A stretch of 49,997 bases of DNA from Paracraurococcus sp. (GCA_049315625.1 JBMOJU010000001.1:1-49997); one strand, 5' to 3'; positions 28,133 through 37,800 are shown, numbered from the stretch's first letter. Translations and numbers: made by a program. Notes: a model not told the origin generated them from the sequence alone.

Positions 28133-29035
28133 ATGCTTTCGATCGAACCGAGCGGCGCCGTGCTGGGCGCCACCGTGCACGGGCTGGACCTGACGCGGCC
28201 GCTGGCGGATGCGGCGTTCGCCACGCTGCTGCGGGCGCTCGGTGAACACGGCGTGCTGCGCATCCCCAGCCAGCGGATCGAGGCACGCGACCTGCGCGAC
28301 TTCTCGCTGCGCTTCGGCAGCATCCAGGGTTCGGTGACAGGGAAATTCCACCACCCCGAGGTGCCGGAGGTTGGCATCCTGTCGAACGTGGTCGAGAACG
28401 GCGTGCCGATCGGCATCGCCGATGCCGGGCAGGACTGGCACACGGACATGTCCTACACGGCGACCAAGGGCTTCGTGAACGTGTTGTATGCGGTGAAGGT
28501 GCCGATGCGCGACGGGAAGCCGCTCGGCGATACGCTGTTCGCCAATATGCATGCGGCCTACGAGGACCTGCCGGCCGCGGTGAAGGCGCGGCTGGCCGGC
28601 ATGCATGCGCGGCACGACTTCAACGTGTTCTGGGAAAACATGCGCACCCGCCCCGGCAGCGCCCGCGCGCCGCTGACGCCGGACCAGCGCGCCAAGCGCC
28701 CGCCGGCGGTGCACCCCGTGTTCATGACCCACCCGATCACCGGCCGTACCGTGCTGTACTGCAACCCCGGCTATGCCGAGCGGATCCTGGAGCTGGAGGA
28801 GGCCGAGAGCCGGCAGGTGCTGGACACGCTCTTCGCCCATCAGCTCCAGCCGAAATACCAGTACGCGCATAGCTGGACGGTGGGCGATGTGCTGATCTGG
28901 GACCATCTCGGCACGCTGCACAACGCCATCCCGGATTACGGCCCGGATGAGGAACGCCTGATGCTGCGCTGCCAGGTCATGGCGGAGACGGTCTTCGACG
29001 CCGGTTTCCAACACCATTGGCTGAAGGCGGCCTGA
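28133..29035 (+). CDS. TauD/TfdA family dioxygenase
   Basis: WHTDMSY, GDTLFANM, HPVFMTHP, WDHLGTLH and RLMLR motifs. Confidence 0.94.
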   Translation: MLSIEPSGAVLGATVHGLDLTRPLADAAFATLLRALGEHGVLRIPSQRIEARDLRDFSLRFGSIQGSVTGKFHHPEVPEVGILSNVVENGVPIGIADAGQDWHTDMSYTATKGFVNVLYAVKVPMRDGKPLGDTLFANMHAAYEDLPAAVKARLAGMHARHDFNVFWENMRTRPGSARAPLTPDQRAKRPPAVHPVFMTHPITGRTVLYCNPGYAERILELEEAESRQVLDTLFAHQLQPKYQYAHSWTVGDVLIWDHLGTLHNAIPDYGPDEERLMLRCQVMAETVFDAGFQHHWLKAA

Positions 29036-29038
29036 ACC

Positions 29039-29884
29039 ATGCGCATCGCCAGCTACACCGCCGCCGCCGGCGCCTCCTTCGGCCTTGTCGGCGCGGGCGG
29101 CATCGTCGATCTAGGGCGTCGCACCCCTTATGCCGACATCTCCGCGGCACTCGCCGCTGGCGCCCTGCCGGAGCTCGCCCGCCACGCCGCGGCGGCGCCC
29201 GACTTCGCCCTGGCCGACATCACGTTGCTGCCCGCGGTGCCCTCGCCGCTGCGGAAGGTGCTCTGCGTCGGGCTGAATTACCGGGCGCATGTCGCCGAAT
29301 CGGCGGGGCGGGAGGTGCCGGAGAATCCACGCATCTTCGCGCGTCTGGCCGATACCATCATCGCCGATGGCGCACCGCTCTGGCGCCCCGCCAACTCGAC
29401 CCATTTCGACTACGAGGGCGAGCTGGCCGTGGTGATCGGCAAGCCCGGCCGCCACATTCCGGCGGCCCGCGCGCTGGACCACGTCGCCGCCTACACCATC
29501 TTCAACGATGGCAGCGTGCGCGACTACCAGAAGCACTCCGTCACCGCCGGCAAGAACTTCCCGCATACCGGCCCGCTCGGCCCGTGGATGGTCACCGCAG
29601 ATGAAATCCCGGACCCCGCCGCGCTGACGCTGGAAACCCGGGTGAACGGCGAACGCCGCCAGCACACCAGCACCGGCGATATGATCCTCTCGGTCGAGCA
29701 GCTGATCGAGTACATCTCCGCCTTCACCCCCCTCGCGCCCGGCGACGTCATCGCCACCGGCACGCCGGAAGGCGTCGCGCATGCCCGCAAGCCGCCGCTG
29801 TGGCTGGTGCCGGGCGACGTGGTGGAGATCGAGATCAGCGGCATCGGCATCCTGCGCAACCCGGTGGTGGCGGAGCCGGCGTGA
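29039..29884 (+). CDS. Fumarylacetoacetate hydrolase family protein
   Basis: CVGLNYRAH, DYEGEL, NDGSVRDYQ, GKNF and TGTPEGV motifs. Confidence 0.95.
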   Translation: MRIASYTAAAGASFGLVGAGGIVDLGRRTPYADISAALAAGALPELARHAAAAPDFALADITLLPAVPSPLRKVLCVGLNYRAHVAESAGREVPENPRIFARLADTIIADGAPLWRPANSTHFDYEGELAVVIGKPGRHIPAARALDHVAAYTIFNDGSVRDYQKHSVTAGKNFPHTGPLGPWMVTADEIPDPAALTLETRVNGERRQHTSTGDMILSVEQLIEYISAFTPLAPGDVIATGTPEGVAHARKPPLWLVPGDVVEIEISGIGILRNPVVAEPA

Positions 29885-31458
29885 GGCTCCGCCTCGGCCT
29901 GTTCGCCGCGCTGCTGGCCTGGCCGGCGGCGGCACAAACGCTCATCATGGCGGTCGGCGCGCCGGTCACCTCGCTCGACCCGCATTTCCACAATATCGGA
30001 CCGAACAACGCCGTCGCCTCGATGCTGTTCGACAGCCTGCTGCGGCAGGATGGCGATTCGCGGCTGCAGCCGGCACTGGCGGAATCCTGGACGCCGGCGG
30101 CGGATGGCGATGGCTGGGACTTCACCCTGCGCGAGGGCGTGCGCTTCCAGAACGGCGCGACGCTGACCTCGGAGGACATCGCCTTCACCCTGGCCCGCAT
30201 CCCGCGCGTCGCCAACAGCCCGGGCGCCTTCACCGTCTATACGCGGCAGGTGCGCGCGGTGGAGATCATCGACGACCGCCGCTTCCGCCTGCGCACTGGC
30301 AGCGTCTCCCCGATGTTGCCGAACGACATCTCCCAGGTCGCCATTCTGCACCACGCGATCCACCGCGAGGCGACGACGGAGGGCTTCAATTCCGGCGAGC
30401 TCGCCATCGGCACCGGCCCCTGGCGGCTGACCTCCTGGCGCAGCGGGGATAGGCTCGAACTCGCCCGCAACGAGGCCTGGTGGGGCGGCAAGCTGCCCTG
30501 GCAGACCGTCACCTACCGGCTGATCCTGAACGACAGCGCCCGGGTCGCCGCCTTGCTGTCGGGCGACGTCGCCTTCATCGACCAGGTGCCGACCAGCGAC
30601 ATCGCCCGGTTGCGGAAGGATGCGCGCCTCGCGGTCTCGGAGAAGCCAAGCCTGCGGCACCTCTACCTCGCCTTCGATCACCTGCGGGACGGCCCGACGC
30701 CCTTCGCCACGGACAATGACGGCAAGCCACTACCGAAGAACCCCTTCAAGGACGTGCGGGTGCGCCGCGCGCTGTCGCAGGCGCTCGATCGCCGCGCCAT
30801 CGTCGACCGCGTGATGGAAGGCGTCGCCATCCCGACCGGCCAGTTCATGCCGCCCGGCGCCTATGGCTACGACCCGTCCATCCCGGTGCCGGAGATCGAC
30901 ACCGACGCCGCCCGCCGCCTGCTGGCCGAGGCCGGATATCCGCAGGGCTTCCGCCTGACCCTGCACGGGTCCAACGACCGCTACCTGAACGATGCCCGCA
31001 TCCTGCAGGCGGTGGCGCAGATGTGGAGCCGGACCGGCGTGCGGACCGCGGTCGAGGCCGCGCCCTACGCGTCCTTCATCACCCGCGCCAGCCGGCAGGA
31101 GTTCTCCGCCTTCCTGGTCTCCTGGGGCACCTCCTCCGGCGAGCCCTCGGCCGGGCTGCGCGCCACCCTTGGTACCTGGGATCCGGCGACCGGCATGGGC
31201 GCGGTCAACCGCAGCCGCTATTCGAACGCCGAGTTCGACCGGCGCGTTCTGGCGGCGATGAACATCCTCGACGCCGGGGAGCGCGAGCGGATGCTGCAAT
31301 CGGCGACGCGCGTCGCCATGGTGGATGATTCCGCCATCCTCACCACCCATTTCCAGGTCAATGTCTGGGCCATGCGTGGCGGGCTGCGGCATGCCGGCCG
31401 CGCCGACGAGCGCACCCGGCCGCAGGACATCAGCCCGGCCGAACAGGAAGCCCGATGA
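29881..31458 (+). CDS. ABC transporter substrate-binding protein, family 5 (DppA-like)
   Basis: SLDPHFH, PALAESW, LREGVRFQNG, IGTGPW and NPFKDVRVRRALS motifs. Confidence 0.93.
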   Translation: MRLRLGLFAALLAWPAAAQTLIMAVGAPVTSLDPHFHNIGPNNAVASMLFDSLLRQDGDSRLQPALAESWTPAADGDGWDFTLREGVRFQNGATLTSEDIAFTLARIPRVANSPGAFTVYTRQVRAVEIIDDRRFRLRTGSVSPMLPNDISQVAILHHAIHREATTEGFNSGELAIGTGPWRLTSWRSGDRLELARNEAWWGGKLPWQTVTYRLILNDSARVAALLSGDVAFIDQVPTSDIARLRKDARLAVSEKPSLRHLYLAFDHLRDGPTPFATDNDGKPLPKNPFKDVRVRRALSQALDRRAIVDRVMEGVAIPTGQFMPPGAYGYDPSIPVPEIDTDAARRLLAEAGYPQGFRLTLHGSNDRYLNDARILQAVAQMWSRTGVRTAVEAAPYASFITRASRQEFSAFLVSWGTSSGEPSAGLRATLGTWDPATGMGAVNRSRYSNAEFDRRVLAAMNILDAGERERMLQSATRVAMVDDSAILTTHFQVNVWAMRGGLRHAGRADERTRPQDISPAEQEAR

Positions 31459-32417
31459 TCCCTCGCCGCCTGCTGCTCGGCACAGCCCTCGCCACGCCCG
31501 CCATCGCCCGTGCGCAGGGCGTCTGGCCGACCCGCCCGGTGCGCATCGTCGTCCCGTTCCCGCCGGGTGGTTCCAACGACGTCATCGCCCGGCCGCTGGC
31601 CGAACGCCTGCAATCCCGCTTCGGCCAGCCCTTCGTCATCGAGAACCGCGGCGGCGCGAGTGGGTCGATCGGCGCGACGGCGGTGGCGCAGGCGCCGGCG
31701 GACGGCCATACCTTGATGGTCACCTCCTCCTCCTTCGCCACCTCCGCCGTGCTGCAGAAAACCAGCTGGGACGCGGAGCGCAGCTTCGATGCCGTCAGCA
31801 TCCTGGCCCGCGCGCCCTACTACCTGCTGACCCATCCGGATTTCCCGCCGCGTGACGTCGCGTCGCTGGTCGCCTGGGCCAAGGCGCGGCCAGGCGCGGT
31901 GGATTACGGCTCCTCCGGCACGGGCGGGCTGAACCATGTGGTCAGCGAGTATTTCTGCCAGGCCGCCGGCGTCAGCATGACGCATGTGCCCTACAAGGGC
32001 ACCGCGCAGGCGATGACAGACCTGATGGCCGGCACCATCCAGCTGGTCATCACCACCGTCGCCAGCGCCAATGCGCCGATCCGCGAGGGGCGCGTGCGGG
32101 TCATCGCCGCCGCCGCCCCGGGCGGCACGCTGCCGCCCGAGGTGCCAGCGGTGCGCACCGTGCGCGAGCAGGGCGTGGACTACGAGGCGGATATCTGGTG
32201 GGGCCTGCTGGCGCCGAAGAACCTGGCGCCGCCGGTGCGCCAGGCGATCCACGCCGCGGTCACCGCCGCCCTCGCCGAGCCACCGCTGCGCCGCATCTAC
32301 GAGGCCGAGGGCGCGACGCCTTCCCCCGGCGCCTTCGACGAATTCGCCACCGTGCTGCGCGCCGACATGGACCGCTGGCGCAAGGTGGCGGAGGCGGCGA
32401 ATATCCGGATGGAATGA
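31455..32417 (+). CDS. Bug/TctC tripartite tricarboxylate transporter substrate-binding protein
   Basis: WPTRPVRIVVPFPPGGSND, ENRGGASG and HVPYKG motifs. Confidence 0.94.
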   Translation: MIPRRLLLGTALATPAIARAQGVWPTRPVRIVVPFPPGGSNDVIARPLAERLQSRFGQPFVIENRGGASGSIGATAVAQAPADGHTLMVTSSSFATSAVLQKTSWDAERSFDAVSILARAPYYLLTHPDFPPRDVASLVAWAKARPGAVDYGSSGTGGLNHVVSEYFCQAAGVSMTHVPYKGTAQAMTDLMAGTIQLVITTVASANAPIREGRVRVIAAAAPGGTLPPEVPAVRTVREQGVDYEADIWWGLLAPKNLAPPVRQAIHAAVTAALAEPPLRRIYEAEGATPSPGAFDEFATVLRADMDRWRKVAEAANIRME

Positions 32418-33649
32418 ACGGAACCGCCATGCCGCACCGCCGCCAATTCGACCCCGCCGCCACGGGCGCCCTGCACGGCCTCCGCGTCGTCGACCTCTCC
32501 CGCCTCGTTGCCGGCAACCTGCTGACCAAGGTGCTGGCCGACCACGGCGCCGAGGTGGTGAAGGTTGAGCCACCCGAGGGCGACACGCTGCGCGCCTGGC
32601 GGATCAAGGGCATCTCCACCACCTGGAAGACGCTCTGCCGCAACAAGCTCTCGGTCTGCCTCGACCTGCGCAATCCTGAAGCCATCGCCGTCGTCAAGCA
32701 GATGGTCGCCGAGGCGGCGATGTTCGTCGAAAGCTTCCGCCCGGGCGTCCTGGAGATCATGGGCCTTTCGCCCGAGGTCCTGCTGGCGATCAACCCGCGT
32801 CTCGTCATCGTCCGCGTCAGCGGCTGGGGCCAGGACGGGCCGTTCAGCCACAAGCCGGGCTTCGGCACGCTGGTGGAGGGCTATTCCGGCTTCGCCGCGG
32901 TGAACGGCTTTGCCGACCGCGAACCCGTGCTGCCGCCGATGTACATGGCGGATGGTTATGCCGGCCTCTATGGCGCCGCCACCGCGATGATCGCGCTGCG
33001 CCACGCGGAAGCCACCGGCCAGGGCCAGGTGATCGACCTGACGCTGTTCGACCCGATCCACGTGATGATGGAGCCGCAGCACGCCAATTGGCGGCTGAAT
33101 GGCACGCTGAAGCCGCGCACCGGCAGCCGCAGCACCAACGCCGTGCCGCGCAACGCCTACCGCACCAGCGATGGCGGCTGGGTCTGCCTGTCCGCCTCAA
33201 CCCAGGGCATGACGGAGAAGCTGCTGCGCAGCATCGGGCGGGAGGAGCTGATCACCGACCCGCGCTTCCGTACCAATGCCGACCGCGTCCGCCATGGTGA
33301 GGCGCTGGACGCCATCATCGCCGAATACATCCGCGCGCTGACGCTGGAGCAGACGCTGGCGCATTTCGATGCGGCCGGCGTCACCATCGGCCCGATCATG
33401 GATGCGCAAATGCTGGAGCAGGACCTCTACGTGGCCGAGCGCGAGGCGGTGATCGAGGTGCCGGACGACGAGATGCCGGGCGGCTGGCTGCCGATGCATG
33501 GCATGGTGCCGCGGCTGTCGGAAACCCCGGGCATCCTCGCCCGTCCGGCGCCGCGCATCGGCGAGCACAACGCCTATATCCTCTCCCCGCTGCTGGGCGA
33601 GGCCGAATACGCCAGGCTGCACGAGGCCGGCGTGGTGCGGGCAGCCTAA
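32414..33649 (+). CDS. CoA-transferase family III (CaiB/BaiF)
   Basis: DLSRLVAGN, GAEVVKVE, RNKLSV, ESFRPG and MADGYAG motifs. Confidence 0.94.
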   Translation: MNGTAMPHRRQFDPAATGALHGLRVVDLSRLVAGNLLTKVLADHGAEVVKVEPPEGDTLRAWRIKGISTTWKTLCRNKLSVCLDLRNPEAIAVVKQMVAEAAMFVESFRPGVLEIMGLSPEVLLAINPRLVIVRVSGWGQDGPFSHKPGFGTLVEGYSGFAAVNGFADREPVLPPMYMADGYAGLYGAATAMIALRHAEATGQGQVIDLTLFDPIHVMMEPQHANWRLNGTLKPRTGSRSTNAVPRNAYRTSDGGWVCLSASTQGMTEKLLRSIGREELITDPRFRTNADRVRHGEALDAIIAEYIRALTLEQTLAHFDAAGVTIGPIMDAQMLEQDLYVAEREAVIEVPDDEMPGGWLPMHGMVPRLSETPGILARPAPRIGEHNAYILSPLLGEAEYARLHEAGVVRAA

Positions 33650-33661
33650 CCACCCGCCAGC

Positions 33662-33686
33662 GGAACCAAATTCCGCGGCCGGGGTT
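33662..33686 (+). promoter_or_regulatory. Sigma-EcfG/SigT-type promoter
   Basis: GGAAC-N16-GGTT, 40 nt upstream of the metallopeptidase start. Confidence 0.6.
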
Positions 33687-33725
33687 CTCCTCCCATGGCG
33701 CCTTCGCGCCGGGAGTGGACCTGCC

Positions 33726-34604
33726 ATGCGGCTGGACGGCGGACGCGAGAGCGAGAACATCGAGGATCGTCGTGGCGCTGGCGGGGGGCTTGGCGCCGGG
33801 GCGCGGCTCGGCATCGCCGGTGGCGGGCTCGGCACCGTCGCGCTCATCCTCGTCGCGCTGTTCTTCGGCGTCGATCCGCGAGTCATCCTGGGCGATGGCG
33901 GCGAGTCACCGCCGCAGGGGCAGGTCGCCGAAACCCGCCGCGCGCCGGACACGACGCAGGACGACGGCGCCCGCCGCTTCGTCGCGCAGGTGCTGGCGAC
34001 GACCGAGGACGCCTGGGGCGACATCTTCCGCCGCGCCAACCGGCAATACGTGCCGCCCAATCTGGTGCTGTTCAGCGGCGGCACGCAGAGCGCCTGTGGC
34101 TTCGCGCAGACCGCGGTCGGCCCCTTCTACTGCCCGGGCGACCGCAAGGTGTACCTGGACACCGCCTTCTTCCGCGACATGGAGCGCAAGCTGGGCGCCC
34201 CCGGCGACTTCGCCCGCGCCTATGTCATCGCGCATGAGGTCGGCCACCACGTGCAGAACCTGCTCGGCATCCTCGGCAAGGTGGACCGCGAGCGCCGCGG
34301 TATGGGCGAGGCGGAGTCGAACGCGCTACAGGTGCGGATCGAGCTGCAGGCCGATTGCTTCGCCGGCATCTGGGCGAACCGCACCGAGCAGATGCGCCGG
34401 ATCCTGGAACCGGGCGACGTGGAATCCGGCCTCGGCGCTGCCGCCGCCGTCGGCGACGACCGCTTGCAGCGCCGCGCCCAGGGCTATGTCGTGCCGGAAA
34501 GCTTCACGCATGGCAGCTCGGCCCAGCGCGTGCGCTGGTTCCAGACCGGGCTGAAGAGCAGCGATATCCTGCGTTGCGATACCTTCGCCGCCGACCGGCC
34601 CTGA
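33726..34604 (+). CDS. YpfJ-like neutral zinc metallopeptidase
   Basis: RESENIEDRRG, GPFYCPGD, AHEVGHHVQ, ELQADC and SFTHGSS motifs. Confidence 0.95.
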   Translation: MRLDGGRESENIEDRRGAGGGLGAGARLGIAGGGLGTVALILVALFFGVDPRVILGDGGESPPQGQVAETRRAPDTTQDDGARRFVAQVLATTEDAWGDIFRRANRQYVPPNLVLFSGGTQSACGFAQTAVGPFYCPGDRKVYLDTAFFRDMERKLGAPGDFARAYVIAHEVGHHVQNLLGILGKVDRERRGMGEAESNALQVRIELQADCFAGIWANRTEQMRRILEPGDVESGLGAAAAVGDDRLQRRAQGYVVPESFTHGSSAQRVRWFQTGLKSSDILRCDTFAADRP

Positions 34605-34605
34605 C

Positions 34606-34630
34606 GGAACGCATCCGGTGAAGGCCCGTT
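34606..34630 (+). promoter_or_regulatory. Sigma-EcfG/SigT-type promoter (consensus match)
   Basis: GGAAC-N16-CGTT immediately after the ypfJ-like stop, upstream of two stress-type genes. Confidence 0.78.
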
Positions 34631-34683
34631 AGGGGACGGCACGCGGGCGGCAAGCCCGCATGGCCACCACACGGGAAACACCA

Positions 34684-35100
34684 ATGCGCAAGTCGTTCTT
34701 CCGCCTGGCGCTGCTGGGCGCGGTCGCCGCTGTCCCGGCATTCGCCCAGACCGCGCCCACGGCACCGGACCGCACCACCCCGAACGCCACCACCGACAGC
34801 GTGACGCGGCCGCGGACGCCGGATGCCGGCACCGGCGCCGGCACGCCGAACCGCAGCAGCGACAGCAACGCCGCCGCGCGGGTCGATGACGGCAGCCGCA
34901 CCGCCACGACGCCGGCGGCCGGCGCCAATAGCTTCACCGAAGGGCAGGCGAAGAGCCGCATCGAGGCTGCCGGCTTCACCAATGTCTCCGACCTGCAGAA
35001 GGACGACCAGGGCGTCTGGCGCGGCCGGGCGCAGCAGGGCGCGCAGCAGGTGAGCGTCGCCCTCGACTACCAGGGCAACGTCGTGCCCGGCGGCCGCTGA
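34684..35100 (+). CDS. Secreted PepSY-like protein
   Basis: Signal peptide, low-complexity T/P/A linker, then GANSFTEGQAKSRIEAAGFTNVSDLQKDDQGVWRG..VALDYQGNV. Confidence 0.85.
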   Translation: MRKSFFRLALLGAVAAVPAFAQTAPTAPDRTTPNATTDSVTRPRTPDAGTGAGTPNRSSDSNAAARVDDGSRTATTPAAGANSFTEGQAKSRIEAAGFTNVSDLQKDDQGVWRGRAQQGAQQVSVALDYQGNVVPGGR

Positions 35101-35124
35101 ACCCACAACCCACGGAGATTTCCC

Positions 35125-36108
35125 ATGGCAACCCGTACCATCGCGCGGCTCTTCGACAGCTACGCGGACGCCACGGCGGCCGTACACGAGCTGGAGGCCG
35201 CCGGCTTTGCGCATGACGACGTCAGCCTGATTGCGAAGCGTGGCGAAGACGCCGTAGCCGGCGAGCCGGAGTCCACCGAGACCGGCAGCGGCGCCGGCAC
35301 CGGCGCGACGCTCGGCACGCTGGTCGGCGGCGGCGCCGGCCTGCTTGCCGGCCTTGGCGCCCTGGCCATCCCGGGCCTCGGCCCGCTGGTCGCGGCCGGC
35401 TGGCTGGTGGCAGCGCTGACCGGCGCCGGCGTCGGCGCGGCGACGGGCGGCCTGCTCGGCGCGCTCACCGGCTCCGGCCTCTCCGAGGAGGAGAGCCATG
35501 TCTACGCCGAGGGCGTCCGCCGCGGCGGCAACCTGCTGACCGTGCGCACCGACGACAGCCGCGCCGCCGAGGTTGAGGCGATCATGCAGCGCCACAACGC
35601 GGCCAATGCCGATGAGCGCGCGGCCACCTACCGGGCCGGCGGATGGGACCGCTACGACGACGCGGCCGGCGTCGGCACCACCGCGGCGGCTAGGCAACTG
35701 GGGGCACGGACGAGCGCCGATCCGCGCATCGACGGCGCCCTGGTGGGTCGCGCCCCGGACGGCACGCCCGGCAACCCGCCCGGCACCATGATGTCACGTG
35801 CCGCCGACGATGCACTTGGCACCAACATCAGCGGGTCCCGGCCGGAGCACGACATGCAGGGCACACCGGGCAATCAGCCGGGCACCCAGGCCACGCGCGC
35901 CGCGGACGACGCGCTCGGCACCAACATCAGCGGTGCCCGCCCACAACATGCGGCGAATGCGCCGGATGGCACGCCGGGCAACCCGCCGGGCACCAAGCTG
36001 TCGCGCGGCGTGGACGAGGTCGCCGGCACCAATATCAGCGGCGCTCATCCGGAGAATGAGCCGAAGGGCAGGACCGGCGCGGCGCCGAACCGCACCCCAG
36101 GCGCCTAG
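35125..36108 (+). CDS. General stress protein (Gsp17M/YflT-like membrane domain) with C-terminal repeats
   Basis: LFDSYADA..AV.EL..AG, Gly-zipper GLGALAIPGLGPLVAAG, YAEGVRRGG; three GTPGNxPGT..RxxD...GTNISG repeats. Confidence 0.85.
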   Translation: MATRTIARLFDSYADATAAVHELEAAGFAHDDVSLIAKRGEDAVAGEPESTETGSGAGTGATLGTLVGGGAGLLAGLGALAIPGLGPLVAAGWLVAALTGAGVGAATGGLLGALTGSGLSEEESHVYAEGVRRGGNLLTVRTDDSRAAEVEAIMQRHNAANADERAATYRAGGWDRYDDAAGVGTTAAARQLGARTSADPRIDGALVGRAPDGTPGNPPGTMMSRAADDALGTNISGSRPEHDMQGTPGNQPGTQATRAADDALGTNISGARPQHAANAPDGTPGNPPGTKLSRGVDEVAGTNISGAHPENEPKGRTGAAPNRTPGA

Positions 36109-36118
36109 CACGCCGCCT

Positions 36119-36140
36119 GGGGTGGGGCATCGCCCCACCC
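36119..36140. terminator. Hairpin between convergent genes
   Basis: GGGTGGGGC-ATC-GCCCCACCC inverted repeat. Confidence 0.55.
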
Positions 36141-36154
36141 GTCCGACGCCGTGA

Positions 36155-37018
36155 CTACCGGGCGCGTGCGAGCAATCGCCGCGCCCGTTCCACGACCGGC
36201 TCATCGATCATGTCGCCCTCGAAGCTGACCGCGCCGACGCCCTTGGCCAGCGATTCCTCGAAGGTGGCGATCATCCGCCTGGCCCGGGCGATATCCTCCG
36301 GCCGGGCGCCGTACTCCTCATTCACGATCGGCACCTGCGAGGGGTGCACGCAGCTCGCGCAGGCGAAGCCGAGGGCGCGCGAGCGCCGCAGCATCGCCCG
36401 GTAGGCATCCATGTCGGAGATCCCGGCGACGGTGCCGACGAAGCCGAGCGGCAGGATGCCGGCGGCGCGCGACGCGACCACGGCCAGCATCTTCGGGATG
36501 TAGAGCGCGTCCGGCGTCGGCTCCATGCCCAGATCGGTCGCCAGGTCCTCGCCGCCGGCGCCGAGCGCCACGAGGCGTTCATCGGCGCGGGCGATCGCCT
36601 CCATCTGCGACAGCGCGGCCGCGGTTTCGACCAGGCCGATGAAGCGGGTGCGGCCGACGGGGACGCCATGCGCGGCCTCCGATTCGGCGGTGAGTTCCGC
36701 CAGCAGCCGGACATGGTCGGGGCCCATCAGCTTGGTCAGCACCAGCACGTCGGCGCCGGCGGCGACCGCGGCGTCGATGTCCTGCACCGCCATCCGCAGC
36801 GGCCGGTTGATGCGGACGCAGACCTCGGCGCCCGACTGCCGCACCATCGGCACGGCCTTCGCCAGTGCGGCGCGGGCCGCCGGCTTCTCGGACGGGGCGA
36901 CCGCGTCCTCCAGGTCGAGGATGATCGCGTCGGCGCCGCGGGTATGGGCCTTGGCCACGAAGCTCTCGCGGGTGGCCGGGACGTAGAGGAGGGACCGCCA
37001 GGTCGGAAGGGTGCGCAT
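36155..37018 (-). CDS. CitE/HpcH-like CoA-ester lyase
   Basis: RSLLYVP, DLEDAV, VRIN, LVET, GGEDL, CVHPSQV and MIDEPV motifs. Confidence 0.93.
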   Translation of the reverse strand: MRTLPTWRSLLYVPATRESFVAKAHTRGADAIILDLEDAVAPSEKPAARAALAKAVPMVRQSGAEVCVRINRPLRMAVQDIDAAVAAGADVLVLTKLMGPDHVRLLAELTAESEAAHGVPVGRTRFIGLVETAAALSQMEAIARADERLVALGAGGEDLATDLGMEPTPDALYIPKMLAVVASRAAGILPLGFVGTVAGISDMDAYRAMLRRSRALGFACASCVHPSQVPIVNEEYGARPEDIARARRMIATFEESLAKGVGAVSFEGDMIDEPVVERARRLLARAR

Positions 37019-37032
37019 GCGGCGATGCTACT

Positions 37033-37068
37033 CCCTCCCCCGCTTGCGGGGGAGGGCCGGGGTGGGGG
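37033..37068. repeat. Palindromic interspersed repeat, copy 2
   Basis: CCCTCCCCCGC-TT-GCGGGGGAGGG-CC-GGGGTGGGGG. Confidence 0.75.
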
Positions 37069-37092
37069 TGCCACGCTGCTTGCAGGCGGTCC

Positions 37093-37108
37093 GCATACGC
37101 GTGTACAC
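37093..37108. promoter_or_regulatory. Putative GntR operator upstream of gntR
   Basis: GCATAC-N4-GTACAC; same layout as the site at 37803. Confidence 0.55.
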
Positions 37109-37115
37109 AATCCCC

Positions 37116-37784
37116 ATGTCCCTCGCCCGGAAAATCGCCCTGCCGGAGCCCGCCGGCAGCCTCGCCGACCGGGCCTACGGGCTGTTCCGCGAGGGGCTGC
37201 GCACCGGCATCTTCCGCCCTGGCCAGCGCCTGCTGGAGACCGAGTTGGCCGACCAGCTCGGCATGAGCCGCACCCCGGTGCGGGAGGCGATCCGCCGGCT
37301 GCAATCGGAAGGGCTGATCGCCCATCTCGCGGCGCGCGGCCTCTGCGTCGCCGCCTATGACGCCGCCCAGGTGGACGAGTTGTACGTGATGCGGGAGGCG
37401 CTGGAGGGCACCGCGGCGCGGCTCGCCGCCCAGCACGCTGGAAGGCCGGAGATCGTGCTGCTGCAGCGCATGCTGGAGCAGGAGCGGGACCTGGCCGGGG
37501 ATGCCGCCGCCGAGCACAACCGCCGCTTCCACCGCGCCCTGCACCAGGCGGCGCATAACCGCTATCTGCTGCGCTCGCTCTCGGCCATCTCGGACGCGCT
37601 GCTGCTCCTGGGGCCGACCACGCTGGAGGCGCCCGGCCGGGCCGCCGCGGCGCGCACCGAGCATGCCCGGATCGTCGCCGCCATCACCGCCCGGGACGCC
37701 GATGGGGCGGAGGCGGCGGCGCGGGCGCATATCGCCGCGGCGCACGAGGCGCGGCTCGCCATGGCAGCGGCGGAGCCGGCCTAG
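37116..37784 (+). CDS. GntR (FCD) transcriptional regulator
   Basis: PGQRLLETELADQLGMSRTPVREAIRRLQSEGL and NRRFH..AAHN.YL motifs. Confidence 0.95.
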   Translation: MSLARKIALPEPAGSLADRAYGLFREGLRTGIFRPGQRLLETELADQLGMSRTPVREAIRRLQSEGLIAHLAARGLCVAAYDAAQVDELYVMREALEGTAARLAAQHAGRPEIVLLQRMLEQERDLAGDAAAEHNRRFHRALHQAAHNRYLLRSLSAISDALLLLGPTTLEAPGRAAAARTEHARIVAAITARDADGAEAAARAHIAAAHEARLAMAAAEPA

Positions 37785-37800
37785 ACTCGCCCATCTGCCG

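Noticed and set aside
35761-36060. Regularly spaced DNA repeats as a CRISPR array
   Set aside because: Degenerate at third codon positions, inside a CDS, 99-108 bp period, and no cas genes.
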